A stretch of DNA of 64,000 bases from the human T2T-CHM13v2.0 reference genome, Homo sapiens, in assembly GCF_009914755.1 (NCBI RefSeq), contig NC_060928.1. One strand, 5' to 3'. Shown piece after piece: positions 9,451 to 23,724 of the stretch; the stretch's first letter is position 1, and each line of letters begins with the position of its first letter. Below the pieces are notes generated by a model that was not told where the DNA came from, did no database searches, and worked only from the letters and a program-made list of their open reading frames with translations. A program made the translations under genes and the position numbers.

Positions 9451-12400
9451 CATTCTCAGAAACTTGTTTGTGATGTGTGTATTCAACTAACAGAGTTGAA
9501 CTTTTGTTTTTACAGAGCCGTTTTAAAACACTCTTTTTGTGGAATCAGAAAGTGGATATTCGGATGGCTCTGAGGATTTCGTTGGAAGCGGGATTACATA
9601 TAAAATCTAGAGAGAAGCATTCTCAGGAACTTCTTTGTGATGTTTGCATTGAAGTCACAGAATTGAACATTCACTTTGATAGAGCAGGTTTGAAACACTC
9701 ATTCTGTAGTATCTGGAAGTGGACATTTCAAGCGCTTTCAGGCCTATGGTGAGAAAGGAAATATCTTCGAATAAAAACTAGACAGAAGCATCCTCAGAAA
9801 CTTATTTGTGATGTGTGTCCTCAACTAACAGAGTTGAAACTTTGTTTTGATACAGCATTTTGGAAACACTCTTTTTGTAGAATCTGCAGGTGGATATTTG
9901 GATAGCTTAGAGGGATTCGTTGGAAAGGGGATATCTTCATATAAAATCTAGACAGAAGCATTCTCAGAAACTTATTTGTGATGTGTGTCCTCAACTAACA
10001 GAGTTGAACCTTGGTTTTGATACAGCATTTTGGAAACACTCCTTTTGTAGAATCTGCAGGTGGATATGTGGATAGCTCTGAAGATTTCGTTGGAAACGGG
10101 AATTTCTTCATATAAAATCAAACAGAAGCATTCTCAGAAACTTCTCAGTGATGTTTGCATTCAGCTCATGGAGTTGAACACTTCCTTTCATAGAACCGGT
10201 TTGAAACACTCTTTCTGCACTACCTGGAAGAGGACATTTCGAGCGCTTTGAGTCCTATGGTGAAAAAGGAAATATCTTCTCATAAAAACCAGAAAGAAGC
10301 ATTCTCAGAAACTTCTTTGTGTTGTGTGTACTCATGTAACAGTGTTGAACCATCCTTTTGACAGAGCAGTTTTGAAACACTCTTTGTAGAATCTGCAAGT
10401 GGATATTTGGATAGCTTTGAGGATTTCGTTGGAAACGGGATGACATATAATATCTAGAGAGAAGCATTCTCAGGAACTTCTTTGTGATGTTTGCATTCAA
10501 GTCACATAATTGAACATTCCCTTTCATAGAGCAGGTTTGAAACACTCTTTCTCTAGTATCTGGAAGTGGGCATTTCAAGCGCTTTCAGGCCTATGGAGAG
10601 AAAGGAAATACCTTCAAATAAAAACTAGACAGAAGCATTCTCAGAAACTTATTTGTGATGTGTGTCCTCAACTAACAGAGTTGAACCTTGGTTTTGATAC
10701 AGCATTTTGGAAACGCTCCTTTTGTAGAATCTGCAGGTGGATATGTGGATAGCTCTGAAGATTTCGTTGGAAACGGGAATTTCTTCATATAAAATCAAAC
10801 AGAAGCATTCTCAGAAACTTCTCAGTGATGTTTGCATTCAGCTCATGGAGTTGAACACTTCCTTTCATAGAACCGGTTTGAAACACTCTTTCTGCACTAC
10901 CTGGAAGAGGACATTTCAAGCGCTTTGAGTCCTATGGTGAAAAAGGAAATATCTTCTCATAAAAACCAGAAAGAAGCATTCTCAGAAACTTCTTTGTGTT
11001 GTGTGTACTCATGTAACAGTGTTGAACCATCCTTTTGACAGAGCAGTTTTGAAACACTCTTTTTGTAGAATCTGCAAGTGGATATTTGGATAGCTTTGAG
11101 GATTTCGTTGGAAACGGGATGACATATAATATCTAGAGAGAAGCATTCTCAGGAACTTCTTTGTGATGTTTGCATTCAAGTCACAGAATTGAACATTCCC
11201 TTTCATAGAGCAGGTTTGAAACACTCTTTCTCTAGTATCTGGAAGTGGGCATTTCAAGCGCTTTCAGGCCTATGGAGAGAAAGGAAATACCTTCAAATAA
11301 AAACTAGACAGAAGCATTCTCAGAAACTTATTTGTGATGTGTGTCCTCAACTAACAGAGTTGAACCTTTGTTTTGATACAGCATTTTGGAAACACTCCTT
11401 TTGTAGAATCTGCAGGTGGATATTTGGATAACTTTGAAGATTTCGTTGGAAACCGGAATATCTTCATATAAAATCAAGACAGAAGCATTCTCGGAAACAT
11501 CTCTGTGATGTTTGCATTCAACTCAGTAGAGTTGAACACTTCCTTTCATAGAGCCGGTTTGAAACACTCTTTCTGCACTACCTGGAAGCGGACATTTCGA
11601 GCGCTTTGAGGCCTATGGTGAAAAAGGAAATATCTTCTCATAAAAACCAGAAAGAAGCATTCTCAGAAACTTCTTTGTGTTGTGTGTACTCAAGTAACAG
11701 TGTTGAACCTTCCTTTTGACACAGCAGTTTTGAAACACTCTTTTGGTAGAATCTGCAAGTGGATATTTGGATAGCTTTGAGGATTTCGTTGGAAACGGGT
11801 TATCTTCATATAAAATCCAGACAGGAGCATTCTCAGAAACTTCTTTGTGCTGCATGTCCTCAATTCACAGAGCTGAACCTTTGTTTGGATACAGCATTTT
11901 GGAAACATTCCTTTAGTAGAATCTGCAAGTTGATATTTAGATAGCTTTGAAGATTTCGTTGGAAACGGGAATATCTTCATAGAAAATCTAGACGGAAGCA
12001 TTCTCAGAAACTGCTTTGTGATGTTTGCATTCAAGTCACAGAGTTGAATATTCCCTTTTATAGAGTAGGTTTGAAACACTCTTTCGGCACTACCTGGAAG
12101 TGGATATTTCGAGCTCTTTGAGGCCTATGGTTAAAAGGAAATATCTTCCCATAAAAACTAGACAGAAGCCGTCTCAGAAACTTGTTTGTGATGTGTGTAT
12201 TCAACTAACAGAGTTGAACATTTCTGTTACAGAGCAATTTTAAAACACTCTTTTTGTGGAATCTGAAAGTGGATAATTGGATAGCTTTGTGGATTTCGTT
12301 GGAAACGGGATGACGTATAAAATCTAGAGAGAAGCATTCTCAGGAACTTCTTTGTGATGTTTGCATTCAAGTCACAGAATTGAACATTCCCTTTCATAGA

Positions 12401-13359
12401 GCAGGTTTGAAACACTCTTTCTCTAGTATCTGGAAGTCGGCATTTCAAGCGCTTTCAGGCCTATGGAGAGAAAGGAAATACCTTCAAATAAAAACTAGGC
12501 AGAAGCATTCTCAGAAACTTATTTGTGATGTGTGTCCTCAACTAACAGAGTTGAACCTTTGTTTTGATACAGCATTTTGGAAACACTCCTTTTGTAGGAT
12601 CTGCAGGTGGATATTTGGATAGATTTTAAGATTTCGTTGGAAACGGGAGTTTCTTCATAGAAACTCAAGACAGATGCATTCTCAGAAACATCTCTGTGAT
12701 GTTTGCATTCCACTCATAGATTTGAAAACTTCCTTTCATAGAGCAGGTTTGAAACACTCTTTTTGTAATATTTGGAAGTGGACATTTGCAGCGCTTTGAG
12801 GCCTATGGTGAAAAAGGAAATATCTTCTCATAAAAACCAGAAACAAGCATTCTCAGAAACTTCTTTTTGATGTGTGTACTCAAGTAACAGAGTTGAACCT
12901 TCCTTTTGACACAGCAGTTTTGAAACAATCTTTTTGTAGAATCTGCAAGTGGATATTTGGATAGCTTTGAGGATTTCGTTGGAAACGGGATATCTTCATA
13001 TAAAATCTAGACAGAAGCATTCTCAGAAACTTCTTTGTGCTGTATGTCCTCAATTAACAGAGTTGAACCATTGCTTGGATACAGCATTTTGGAAACATTC
13101 CTTGAGTAGAATCTGCAAGTTGATATTTAGATAGATTTGAAGATTTCGTTGGAAAAGGGAATATCTCCATATAAAATCTAGAGGGAAGCATTCTCAGAAA
13201 CTGCTTTGTGATGTTTCCATTCAAGTCACAGAGTTGAATATTCCCTTTTATAGAGCACGTTTGAAACACTCTTTCTGCACTATCTGGAAGTGGACATTTC
13301 GAGCGCTTTGAGGCCTATGGTGAAAAAGGAAATATCTTCCCATAAAAACTAGACAGAAG
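9451..13359 (+). repeat. 23-mer HOR variant (3909 bp)
   Basis: Spacing 9477 to 13386; extra m4-m7 block at 10636-11314; 2-bp T-run deletion near 10383. Confidence 0.95.
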
Positions 13360-16300
13360 CATTCTCAGAAACTTGTTTGTGATGTGTGTATTCAACTAAC
13401 AGAGTTGAACTTTTGTTTTTACAGAGCCGTTTTAAAACACTCTTTTTGTGGAATCAGAAAGTGGATATTCGGATGGCTCTGAGGATTTCGTTGGAAGCGG
13501 GATTACATATAAAATCTAGAGAGAAGCATTCTCAGGAACTTCTTTGTGATGTTTGCATTGAAGTCACAGAATTGAACATTCACTTTGATAGAGCAGGTTT
13601 GAAACACTCATTCTGTAGTATCTGGAACTGGACATTTCAAGCGCTTTCAGGCCTATGGTGAGAAAGGAAATATCTTCGAATAAAAACTAGACAGAAGCAT
13701 CCTCAGAAACTTATTTGTGATGTGTGTCCTCAACTAACAGAGTTGAAACTTTGTTTTGATACAGCATTTTGGAAACACTCTTTTTGTAGAATCTGCAGGT
13801 GGATATTTGGATAGCTTAGAGGGATTCGTTGGAAAGGGGATATCTTCATATAAAATCTAGACAGAAGCATTCTCAGAAACTTATTTGTGATGTGTGTCCT
13901 CAACTAACAGAGTTGAACCTTGGTTTTGATACAGCATTTTGGAAACACTCCTTTTGTAGAATCTGCAGGTGGATATGTGGATAGCTCTGAAGATTTTGTT
14001 GGAAACGGGAATTTCTTCATATAAAATCAAACAGAAGCATTCTCAGAAACTTCTCAGTGATGTTTGCATTCAGCTCATGGAGTTGAACACTTCCGTTCAT
14101 AGAGCCGGTTTGAAACACTCTTTCTGCACTACCTGGAAGAGGACATTTCGAGCGCTTTGAGTCCTATGGTGAAAAAGGAAATATCTTCTCATAAAAACCA
14201 GAAAGAAGCATTCTCAGAAACTACTTTGTGTTGTGTGTACTCATGTAACAGTGTTGAACCATCCTTTTGACAGAGCAGTTTTGAAACACTCTTTTTGTAG
14301 AATCTGCAAGTGGATATTTGGATAGCTTTGAGGATTTCGTTGGAAACGGGATGACATATAATCTCTAGAGAGAAGCATACTCAGGAACTTCTTTGTGATG
14401 TTTGCATTCAAGTCACAGAATTGAACATTCCCTTTCATAGAGCAGGTTTGAAACACTCTTTCTCTAGTATCTGGAAGTGGGCATTTCAAGCGCTTTCAGG
14501 CCTATGGAGAGAAAGGAAATACCTTCAAATAAAAACTAGACAGAAGCATTCTCAGAAACTTATTTGTGATGTGTGTCCTCAACTAACAGAGTTGAACCTT
14601 TGTTTTGATACAGCATTTTGGAAACACTCCTTTTGTAGAATCTGCAGGTGGATATTTGGACAACTTTGAAGATTTCGTTGGAAACCGGAATATCTTCATA
14701 TAAAATCAAGACAGAAGCATTCTCGGAAACATCTCTGTGATGTTTGCATTCAACTCAGTAGAGTTGAACACTTCCTTTCATAGAGCCGGTTTGAAACACT
14801 CTTTCTGCACTACCTGGAAGCGGACATTTCGAGCGCTTTGAGGCCTATGGTGAAAAAGGAAATATCTTCTCATAAAAACCAGAAAGAAGCATTCTCAGAA
14901 ACTTCTTTGTGTTGTGTGTACTCAAGTAACAGTGTTGAACCTTCCTTTTGACACAGCAGTTTTGAAACACTCTTTTGGTAGAATCTGCAAGTGGATATTT
15001 GGATAGCTTTGAGGATTTCGTTGGAAACGGGTTATCTTCATATAAAATCCAGACAGGAGCATTCTCAGAAACTTCTTTGTGCTGCATGTCCTCAATTCAC
15101 AGAGCTGAACCTTTGTTTGGATACAGCATTTTGGAAACATTCCTTTAGTAGAATCTGCAAGTTGATATTTAGATAGCTTTGAAGATTTCGTTGGAAACGG
15201 GAATATCTTCATAGAAAATCTAGACGGAAGCATTCTCAGAAACTGCTTTGTGATGTTTGCATTCAAGTCACAGAGTTGAATATTCCCTTTTATAGAGTAG
15301 GTTTGAAACACTCTTTCGGCACTACCTGGAAGTGGATATTTCGAGCTCTTTGAGGCCTATGGTTAAAAGGAAATATCTTCCCATAAAAACTAGACAGAAG
15401 CCGTCTCAGAAACTTGTTTGTGATGTGTGTATTCAACTAACAGAGTTGAACATTTCTGTTACAGAGCAATTTTAAAACACTCTTTTTGTGGAATCTGAAA
15501 GTGGATAATTGGATAGCTTTGTGGATTTCGTTGGAAACGGGATGACATATAAAATCTAGAGAGAAGCATTCTCAGGAACTTCTTTCTGATGTTTGCATTC
15601 AAGTCACAGAATTGAACATTCCTTTTCATAGTGCAGGTTTGAAACACTCTTTCTGTAGTATCTGGAAGTGGACATTTCAAGCGCTTTCAGGCCTACGGGG
15701 AGAAAGGAAATATCTTCAAATAAAAACTAGACAGAAGGATTCTCAGAAACTTATTTGTGATGTGTGTCCTAAACGAACACAGTTGAACCTTTGTTTTGAT
15801 ACAGCATTTTGGAAACACTCCTTTTGTAGGATCTGCACGTGGATATTTGGATAGATTTTAAGATTTCGTTGGAAACGGGAGTTTCTTCATAGAAACTCAA
15901 GACAGATGCATTCTCAGAAACATCTCTGTGATGTTTGCATTCCACTCATAGAGTTGAAAACTTCCTTTCATAGAGCAGGTTTGAAACACTCTTTTTGTAA
16001 TATTTGGAAGTGGACATTTGCAGCACTTTGAGGCCTATGGTGAAAAAGGAAATATCTTCTCATAAAAACCAGAAACAAGCATTCTCAGAAACTTCTTTTT
16101 GATGTGTGTACTCAAGTAACAGAGTTGAACCTTCCTTTTGACACAGCAGTTTTGAAACAATCTTTTTGTAGAATCTGCAAGTGGATATTTGGATAGCTTT
16201 GAGGATTTCGTTGGAAACGGGATATCTTCATATAAAATCTAGACAGAAGCATTCTCAGAAACTTCTTTGTGCTGTATGCCCTCAATTAACAGAGTTGAAC

Positions 16301-16587
16301 CATTGGATACAGCATTTTGGAAACATTCCTTGAGTAGAATCTGCAAGTTGATATTTAGATAGATTTGAAGATTTCATTGGAAAAGGGAATATCTCCATAT
16401 AAAATCTAGAGGGAAGCATTCTCAGAAACTGCTTTGTGATGTTTCCATTCAAGTCACAGAGTTGAATATTCCCTTTTATAGAGCACGTTTGAAACACTCT
16501 TTCTGCACTATCTGGAAGTGGACATTTCGAGCGCTTTGAGGCCTATGGTGAAAAAGGAAATATCTTCCCATAAAAACTAGACAGAAG
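13360..16587 (+). repeat. 19-mer HOR (3228 bp)
   Basis: Spacing 13386 to 16614; 4-bp m18 deletion near 16300. Confidence 0.95.
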
Positions 16588-19500
16588 CATTCTCAGAAAC
16601 TTGTTTGTGATGTGTGTATTCAACTAACAGAGTTGAACTTTTGTTTTTACAGAGCCGTTTTAAAACACTCTTTTTGTGGAATCAGAAAGTGGATATTCGG
16701 ATGGCTCTGAGGATTTCGTTGGAAGCGGGATTACATATAAAATCTAGAGAGAAGCATTCTCAGGAACTTCTTTGTGATGTTTGCATTGAAGTCACAGAAT
16801 TGAACATTCACTTTGATAGAGCAGGTTTGAAACACTCATTCTGTAGTATCTGGAAGTGGACATTTCAAGCGCTTTCAGGCCTATGGTGAGAAAGGAAATA
16901 TCTTCGAATAAAAACTAGACAGAAGCATCCTCAGAAACTTATTTGTGATGTGTGTCCTCAACTAACAGAGTTGAAACTTTGTTTTGATACAGCATTTTGG
17001 AAACACTCTTTTTGTAGAATCTGCAGGTGGATATTTGGATAGCTTAGAGGGATTCGTTGGAAAGGGGATATCTTCATATAAAATCTAGACAGAAGCATTC
17101 TCAGAAACTTATTTGTGATGTGTGTCCTCAACTAACAGAGTTGAACCTTGGTTTTGATACAGCATTTTGGAAACACTCCTTTTGTAGAATCTGCAGGTGG
17201 ATATGTGGATAGCTCTGAAGATTTCGTTGGAAACGGGAATTTCTTCATATAAAATCAAACAGAAGCATTCTCAGAAACTTCTCAGTGATGTTTGCATTCA
17301 GCTCATGGAGTTGAACACTTCCTTTCATAGAACCGGTTTGAAACACTCTTTCTGCACTACCTGGAAGAGGACATTTCGAGCGCTTTGAGTCCTATGGTGA
17401 AAAAGGAAATATCTTCTCATAAAAACCAGAAAGAAGCATTCTCAGAAACTTCTTTGTGTTGTGTGTACTCATGTAACAGTGTTGAACCATCCTTTTGACA
17501 GAGCAGTTTTGAAACACTCTTTGTAGAATCTGCAAGTGGATATTTGGATAGCTTTGAGGATTTCGTTGGAAACGGGATGACATATAATATCTAGAGAGAA
17601 GCATTCTCAGGAACTTCTTTGTGATGTTTGCATTCAAGTCACATAATTGAACATTCCCTTTCATAGAGCAGGTTTGAAACACTCTTTCTCTAGTATCTGG
17701 AAGTGGGCATTTCAAGCGCTTTCAGGCCTATGGAGAGAAAGGAAATACCTTCAAATAAAAACTAGACAGAAGCATTCTCAGAAACTTATTTGTGATGTGT
17801 GTCCTCAACTAACAGAGTTGAACCTTGGTTTTGATACAGCATTTTGGAAACGCTCCTTTTGTAGAATCTGCAGGTGGATATGTGGATAGCTCTGAAGATT
17901 TCGTTGGAAACGGGAATTTCTTCATATAAAATCAAACAGAAGCATTCTCAGAAACTTCTCAGTGATGTTTGCATTCAGCTCATGGAGTTGAACACTTCCT
18001 TTCATAGAACCGGTTTGAAACACTCTTTCTGCACTACCTGGAAGAGGACATTTCGAGCGCTTTGAGTCCTATGGTGAAAAAGGAAATATCTTCTCATAAA
18101 AACCAGAAAGAAGCATTCTCAGAAACTTCTTTGTGTTGTGTGTACTCATGTAACAGTGTTGAACCATCCTTTTGACAGAGCAGTTTTGAAACACTCTTTT
18201 TGTAGAATCTGCAAGTGGATATTTGGATAGCTTTGAGGATTTCGTTGGAAACGGGATGACATATAATATCTAGAGAGAAGCATTCTCAGGAACTTCTTTG
18301 TGATGTTTGCATTCAAGTCACAGAATTGAACATTCCCTTTCATAGAGCAGGTTTGAAACACTCTTTCTCTAGTATCTGGAAGTGGGCATTTCAAGCGCTT
18401 TCAGGCCTATGGAGAGAAAGGAAATACCTTCAAATAAAAACTAGACAGAAGCATTCTCAGAAACTTATTTGTGATGTGTGTCCTCAACTAACAGAGTTGA
18501 ACCTTTGTTTTGATACAGCATTTTGGAAACACTCCTTTTGTAGAATCTGCAGGTGGATATTTGGATAACTTTGAAGATTTCGTTGGAAACCGGAATATCT
18601 TCATATAAAATCAAGACAGAAGCATTCTCGGAAACATCTCTGTGATGTTTGCATTCAACTCAGTAGAGTTGAACACTTCCTTTCATAGAGCCGGTTTGAA
18701 ACACTCTTTCTGCACTACCTGGAAGCGGACATTTCGAGCGCTTTGAGGCCTATGGTGAAAAAGGAAATATCTTCTCATAAAAACCAGAAAGAAGCATTCT
18801 CAGAAACTTCTTTGTGTTGTGTGTACTCAAGTAACAGTGTTGAACCTTCCTTTTGACACAGCAGTTTTGAAACACTCTTTTGGTAGAATCTGCAAGTGGA
18901 TATTTGGATAGCTTTGAGGATTTCGTTGGAAACGGGTTATCTTCATATAAAATCCAGACAGGAGCATTCTCAGAAACTTCTTTGTGCTGCATGTCCTCAA
19001 TTCACAGAGCTGAACCTTTGTTTGGATACAGCATTTTGGAAACATTCCTTTAGTAGAATCTGCAAGTTGATATTTAGATAGCTTTGAAGATTTCGTTGGA
19101 AACGGGAATATCTTCATAGAAAATCTAGACGGAAGCATTCTCAGAAACTGCTTTGTGATGTTTGCATTCAAGTCACAGAGTTGAATATTCCCTTTTATAG
19201 AGTAGGTTTGAAACACTCTTTCGGCACTACCTGGAAGTGGATATTTCGAGCTCTTTGAGGCCTATGGTTAAAAGGAAATATCTTCCCATAAAAACTAGAC
19301 AGAAGCCGTCTCAGAAACTTGTTTGTGATGTGTGTATTCAACTAACAGAGTTGAACATTTCTGTTACAGAGCAATTTTAAAACACTCTTTTTGTGGAATC
19401 TGAAAGTGGATAATTGGATAGCTTTGTGGATTTCGTTGGAAACGGGATGACATATAAAATCTAGAGAGAAGCATTCTCAGGAACTTCTTTCTGATGTTTG

Positions 19501-20492
19501 CATTCAAGTCACCGAATTGAACATTCCTTTTCATAGTGCAGGTTTGAAACACTCTTTCTGTAGTATCTGGAAGTGGACATTTCAAGCGCTTTCAGGCCTA
19601 CGGGGAGAAAGGAAATATCTTCAAATAAAAACTAGACAGAAGGATTCTCAGAAACTTATTTGTGATGTGTGTCCTAAACGAACACAGTTGAACCTTTGTT
19701 TTGATACAGCATTTTGGAAACACTCCTTTTGTAGGATCTGCAGGTGGATATTTGGATAGATTTTAAGATTTCGTTGGAAACGGGAGTTTCTTCATAGAAA
19801 CTCAAGACAGATGCATTCTCAGAAACATCTCTGTGATGTTTGCATTCCACTCATAGAGTTGAAAACTTCCTTTCATAGAGCAGGTTTGAAACACTCTTTT
19901 TGTAATATTTGGAAGTGGACATTTGCAGCACTTTGAGGCCTATGGTGAAAAAGGAAATATCTTCTCATAAAAACCAGAAACAAGCATTCTCAGAAACTTC
20001 TTTTTGATGTGTGTACTCAAGTAACAGAGTTGAACCTTCCTTTTGACACAGCAGTTTTGAAACAATCTTTTTGTAGAATCTGCAAGTGGATATTTGGATA
20101 GCTTTGAGGATTTCGTTGGAAACGGGATATCTTCATATAAAATCTAGACAGAAGCATTCTCAGAAACTTCTTTGTGCTGTATGCCCTCAATTAACAGAGT
20201 TGAACCATTGGATACAGCATTTTGGAAACATTCCTTGAGTAGAATCTGCAAGTTGATATTTAGATAGATTTGAAGATTTCATTGGAAAAGGGAATATCTC
20301 CATATAAAATCTAGAGGGAAGCATTCTCAGAAACTGCTTTGTGATGTTTCCATTCAAGTCACAGAGTTGAATATTCCCTTTTATAGAGCACGTTTGAAAC
20401 ACTCTTTCTGCACTATCTGGAAGTGGACATTTCGAGTGCTTTGAGGCCTATGGTGAAAAAGGAAATATCTTCCCATAAAAACTAGACAGAAG
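16588..20492 (+). repeat. 23-mer HOR variant (3905 bp)
   Basis: Spacing 16614 to 20519; extra block 17773-18451; both the 2-bp and 4-bp deletions. Confidence 0.95.
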
Positions 20493-23400
20493 CATTCTCA
20501 GAAACTTGTTTGTGATGTGTGTATTCAACTAACAGAGTTGAACTTTTGTTTTTACAGAGCCGTTTTAAAACACTCTTTTTGTGGAATCAGAAAGTGGATA
20601 TTCGGATGGCTCTGAGGATTTCGTTGGAAGCGGGATTACATATAAAATCTAGAGAGAAGCATTCTCAGGAACTTCTTTGTGATGTTTGCATTGAAGTCAC
20701 AGAATTGAACATTCACTTTGATAGAGCAGGTTTGAAACACTCATTCTGTAGTATCTGGAACTGGACATTTCAAGCGCTTTCAGGCCTATGGTGAGAAAGG
20801 AAATATCTTCGAATAAAAACTAGACAGAAGCATCCTCAGAAACTTATTTGTGATGTGTGTCCTCAACTAACAGAGTTGAAACTTTGTTTTGATACAGCAT
20901 TTTGGAAACACTCTTTTTGTAGAATCTGCAGGTGGATATTTGGATAGCTTAGAGGGATTCGTTGGAAAGGGGATATCTTCATATAAAATCTAGACAGAAG
21001 CATTCTCAGAAACTTATTTGTGATGTGTGTCCTCAACTAACAGAGTTGAACCTTGGTTTTGATACAGCATTTTGGAAACGCTCCTTTTGTAGAATCTGCA
21101 GGTGGATATGTGGATAGCTCTGAAGATTTCGTTGGAAACGGGAATTTCTTCATATAAAATCAAACAGAAGCATTCTCAGAAACTTCTCAGTGATGTTTGC
21201 ATTCAGCTCATGGAGTTGGACACTTCCTTTCATAGAACCGGTTTGAAACACTCTTTCTGCACTACCTGGAAGAGGACATTTCGAGCGCTTTGAGTCCTAT
21301 GGTGAAAAAGGAAATATCTTCTCATAAAAACCAGAAAGAAGCATTCTCAGAAACTTCTTTGTGTTGTGTGTACTCATGTAACAGTGTTGAACCATCCTTT
21401 TGACAGAGCAGTTTTGAAACACTCTTTTTGTAGAATCTGCAAGTGGATATTTGGATAGCTTTGAGGATTTCGTTGGAAACGGGATGACATATAATATCTA
21501 GAGAGAAGCATTCTCAGGAACTTCTTTGTGATGTTTGCATTCAAGTCACAGAATTGAACATTCCCTTTCATAGAGCAGGTTTGAAACACTCTTTCTCTAG
21601 TATCTGGAAGTGGGCATTTCAAGCGCTTTCAGGCCTATGGAGAGAAAGGAAATACCTTCAAATAAAAACTAGACAGAAGCATTCTCAGAAACTTATTTGT
21701 GATGTGTGTCCTCAACTAACAGAGTTGAACCTTTGTTTTGATACAGCATTTTGGAAACACTCCTTTTGTAGAATCTGCAGGTGGATATTTGGATAACTTT
21801 GAAGATTTCATTGGAAACCGGAATATCTTCATATAAAATCAAGACAGAAGCATTCTCGGAAACATCTCTGTGATGTTTGCATTCAACTCAGTAGAGTTGA
21901 ACACTTCCTTTCATAGAGCCGGTTTGAAACACTCTTTCTGCACTACCTGGAAGCGGACATTTCGAGCGCTTTGAGGCCTATGGTGAAAAAGGAAATATCT
22001 TCTCATAAAAACCAGAAAGAAGCATTCTCAGAAACTTCTTTGTGTTGTGTGTACTCAAGTAACAGTGTTGAACCTTCCTTTTGACACAGCAGTTTTGAAA
22101 CACTCTTTTGGTAGAATCTGCAAGTGGATATTTGGATAGCTTTGAGGATTTCGTTGGAAACGGGTTATCTTCATATAAAATCCAGACAGGAGCATTCTCA
22201 GAAACTTCTTTGTGCTGCATGTCCTCAATTCACAGAGCTGAACCTTTGTTTGGATACAGCATTTTGGAAACATTCCTTTAGTAGAATCTGCAAGTTGATA
22301 TTTAGATAGCTTTGAAGATTTCGTTGGAAACGGGAATATCTTCATAGAAAATCTAGACGGAAGCATTCTCAGAAACTGCTTTGTGATGTTTGCATTCAAG
22401 TCACAGAGTTGAATATTCCCTTTTATAGAGTAGGATTGAAACACTCTTTTGGCACTACCTGGAAGTGGATATTTCGAGCTCTTTGAGGCCTATGGTTAAA
22501 AGGAAATATCTTCCCATAAAAACTAGACAGAAGCCGTCTCAGAAACTTGTTTGTGATGTGTGTATTCAACTAACAGAGTTGAACATTTCTGTTACAGAGC
22601 AATTTTAAAACACTCTTTTTGTGGAATCTGAAAGTGGATAATTGGATAGCTTTGTGGATTTCGTTGGAAACGGGATGACGTATAAAATCTAGAGAGAAGC
22701 ATTCTCAGGAACTTCTTTGTGATGTTTGCATTCAAGTCACAGAATTGAACATTCCCTTTCATAGAGCAGGTTTGAAACACTCTTTCTCTAGTATCTGGAA
22801 GTCGGCATTTCAAGCGCTTTCAGGCCTATGGAGAGAAAGGAAATACCTTCAAATAAAAACTAGGCAGAAGCATTCTCAGAAACTTATTTGTGATGTGTGT
22901 CCTCAACTAACAGAGTTGAACCTTTGTTTTGATACAGCATTTTGGAAACACTCCTTTTGTAGGATCTGCAGGTGGATATTTGGATAGATTTTAAGATTTC
23001 GTTGGAAACGGGAGTTTCTTCATAGAAACTCAAGACAGATGCATTCTCAGAAACATCTCTGTGATGTTTGCATTCCACTCATAGATTTGAAAACTTCCTT
23101 TCATAGAGCAGGTTTGAAACACTCTTTTTGTAATATTTGGAAGTGGACATTTGCAGCGCTTTGAGGCCTATGGTGAAAAAGGAAATATCTTCTCATAAAA
23201 ACCAGAAACAAGCATTCTCAGAAACTTCTTTTTGATGTGTGTACTCAAGTAACAGAGTTGAACATTCCTTTTGACACAGCAGTTTTGAAACAATCTTTTT
23301 GTAGAATCTGCAAGTGGATATTTGGATAGCTTTGAGGATTTCGTTGGAAACGGGATATCTTCATATAAAATCTAGACAGAAGCATTCTCAGAAACTTCTT

Positions 23401-23724
23401 TGTGCTGTATGTCCTCAATTAACAGAGTTGAACCATTGCTTGGATACAGCATTTTGGAAACATTCCTTGAGTAGAATCTGCAAGTTGATATTTAGATAGA
23501 TTTGAAGATTTCGTTGGAAAAGGGAATATCTCCATATAAAATCTAGAGGGAAGCATTCTCAGAAACTGCTTTGTGATGTTTCCATTCAAGTCACAGAGTT
23601 GAATATTCCCTTTTATAGAGCACGTTTGAAACACTCTTTCTGCACTATCTGGAAGTGGACATTTCGAGCGCTTTGAGGCCTATGGTGAAAAAGGAAATAT
23701 CTTCCCATAAAAACTAGACAGAAG
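20493..23724 (+). repeat. 19-mer HOR (3232 bp)
   Basis: Spacing 20519 to 23751. Confidence 0.95.
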
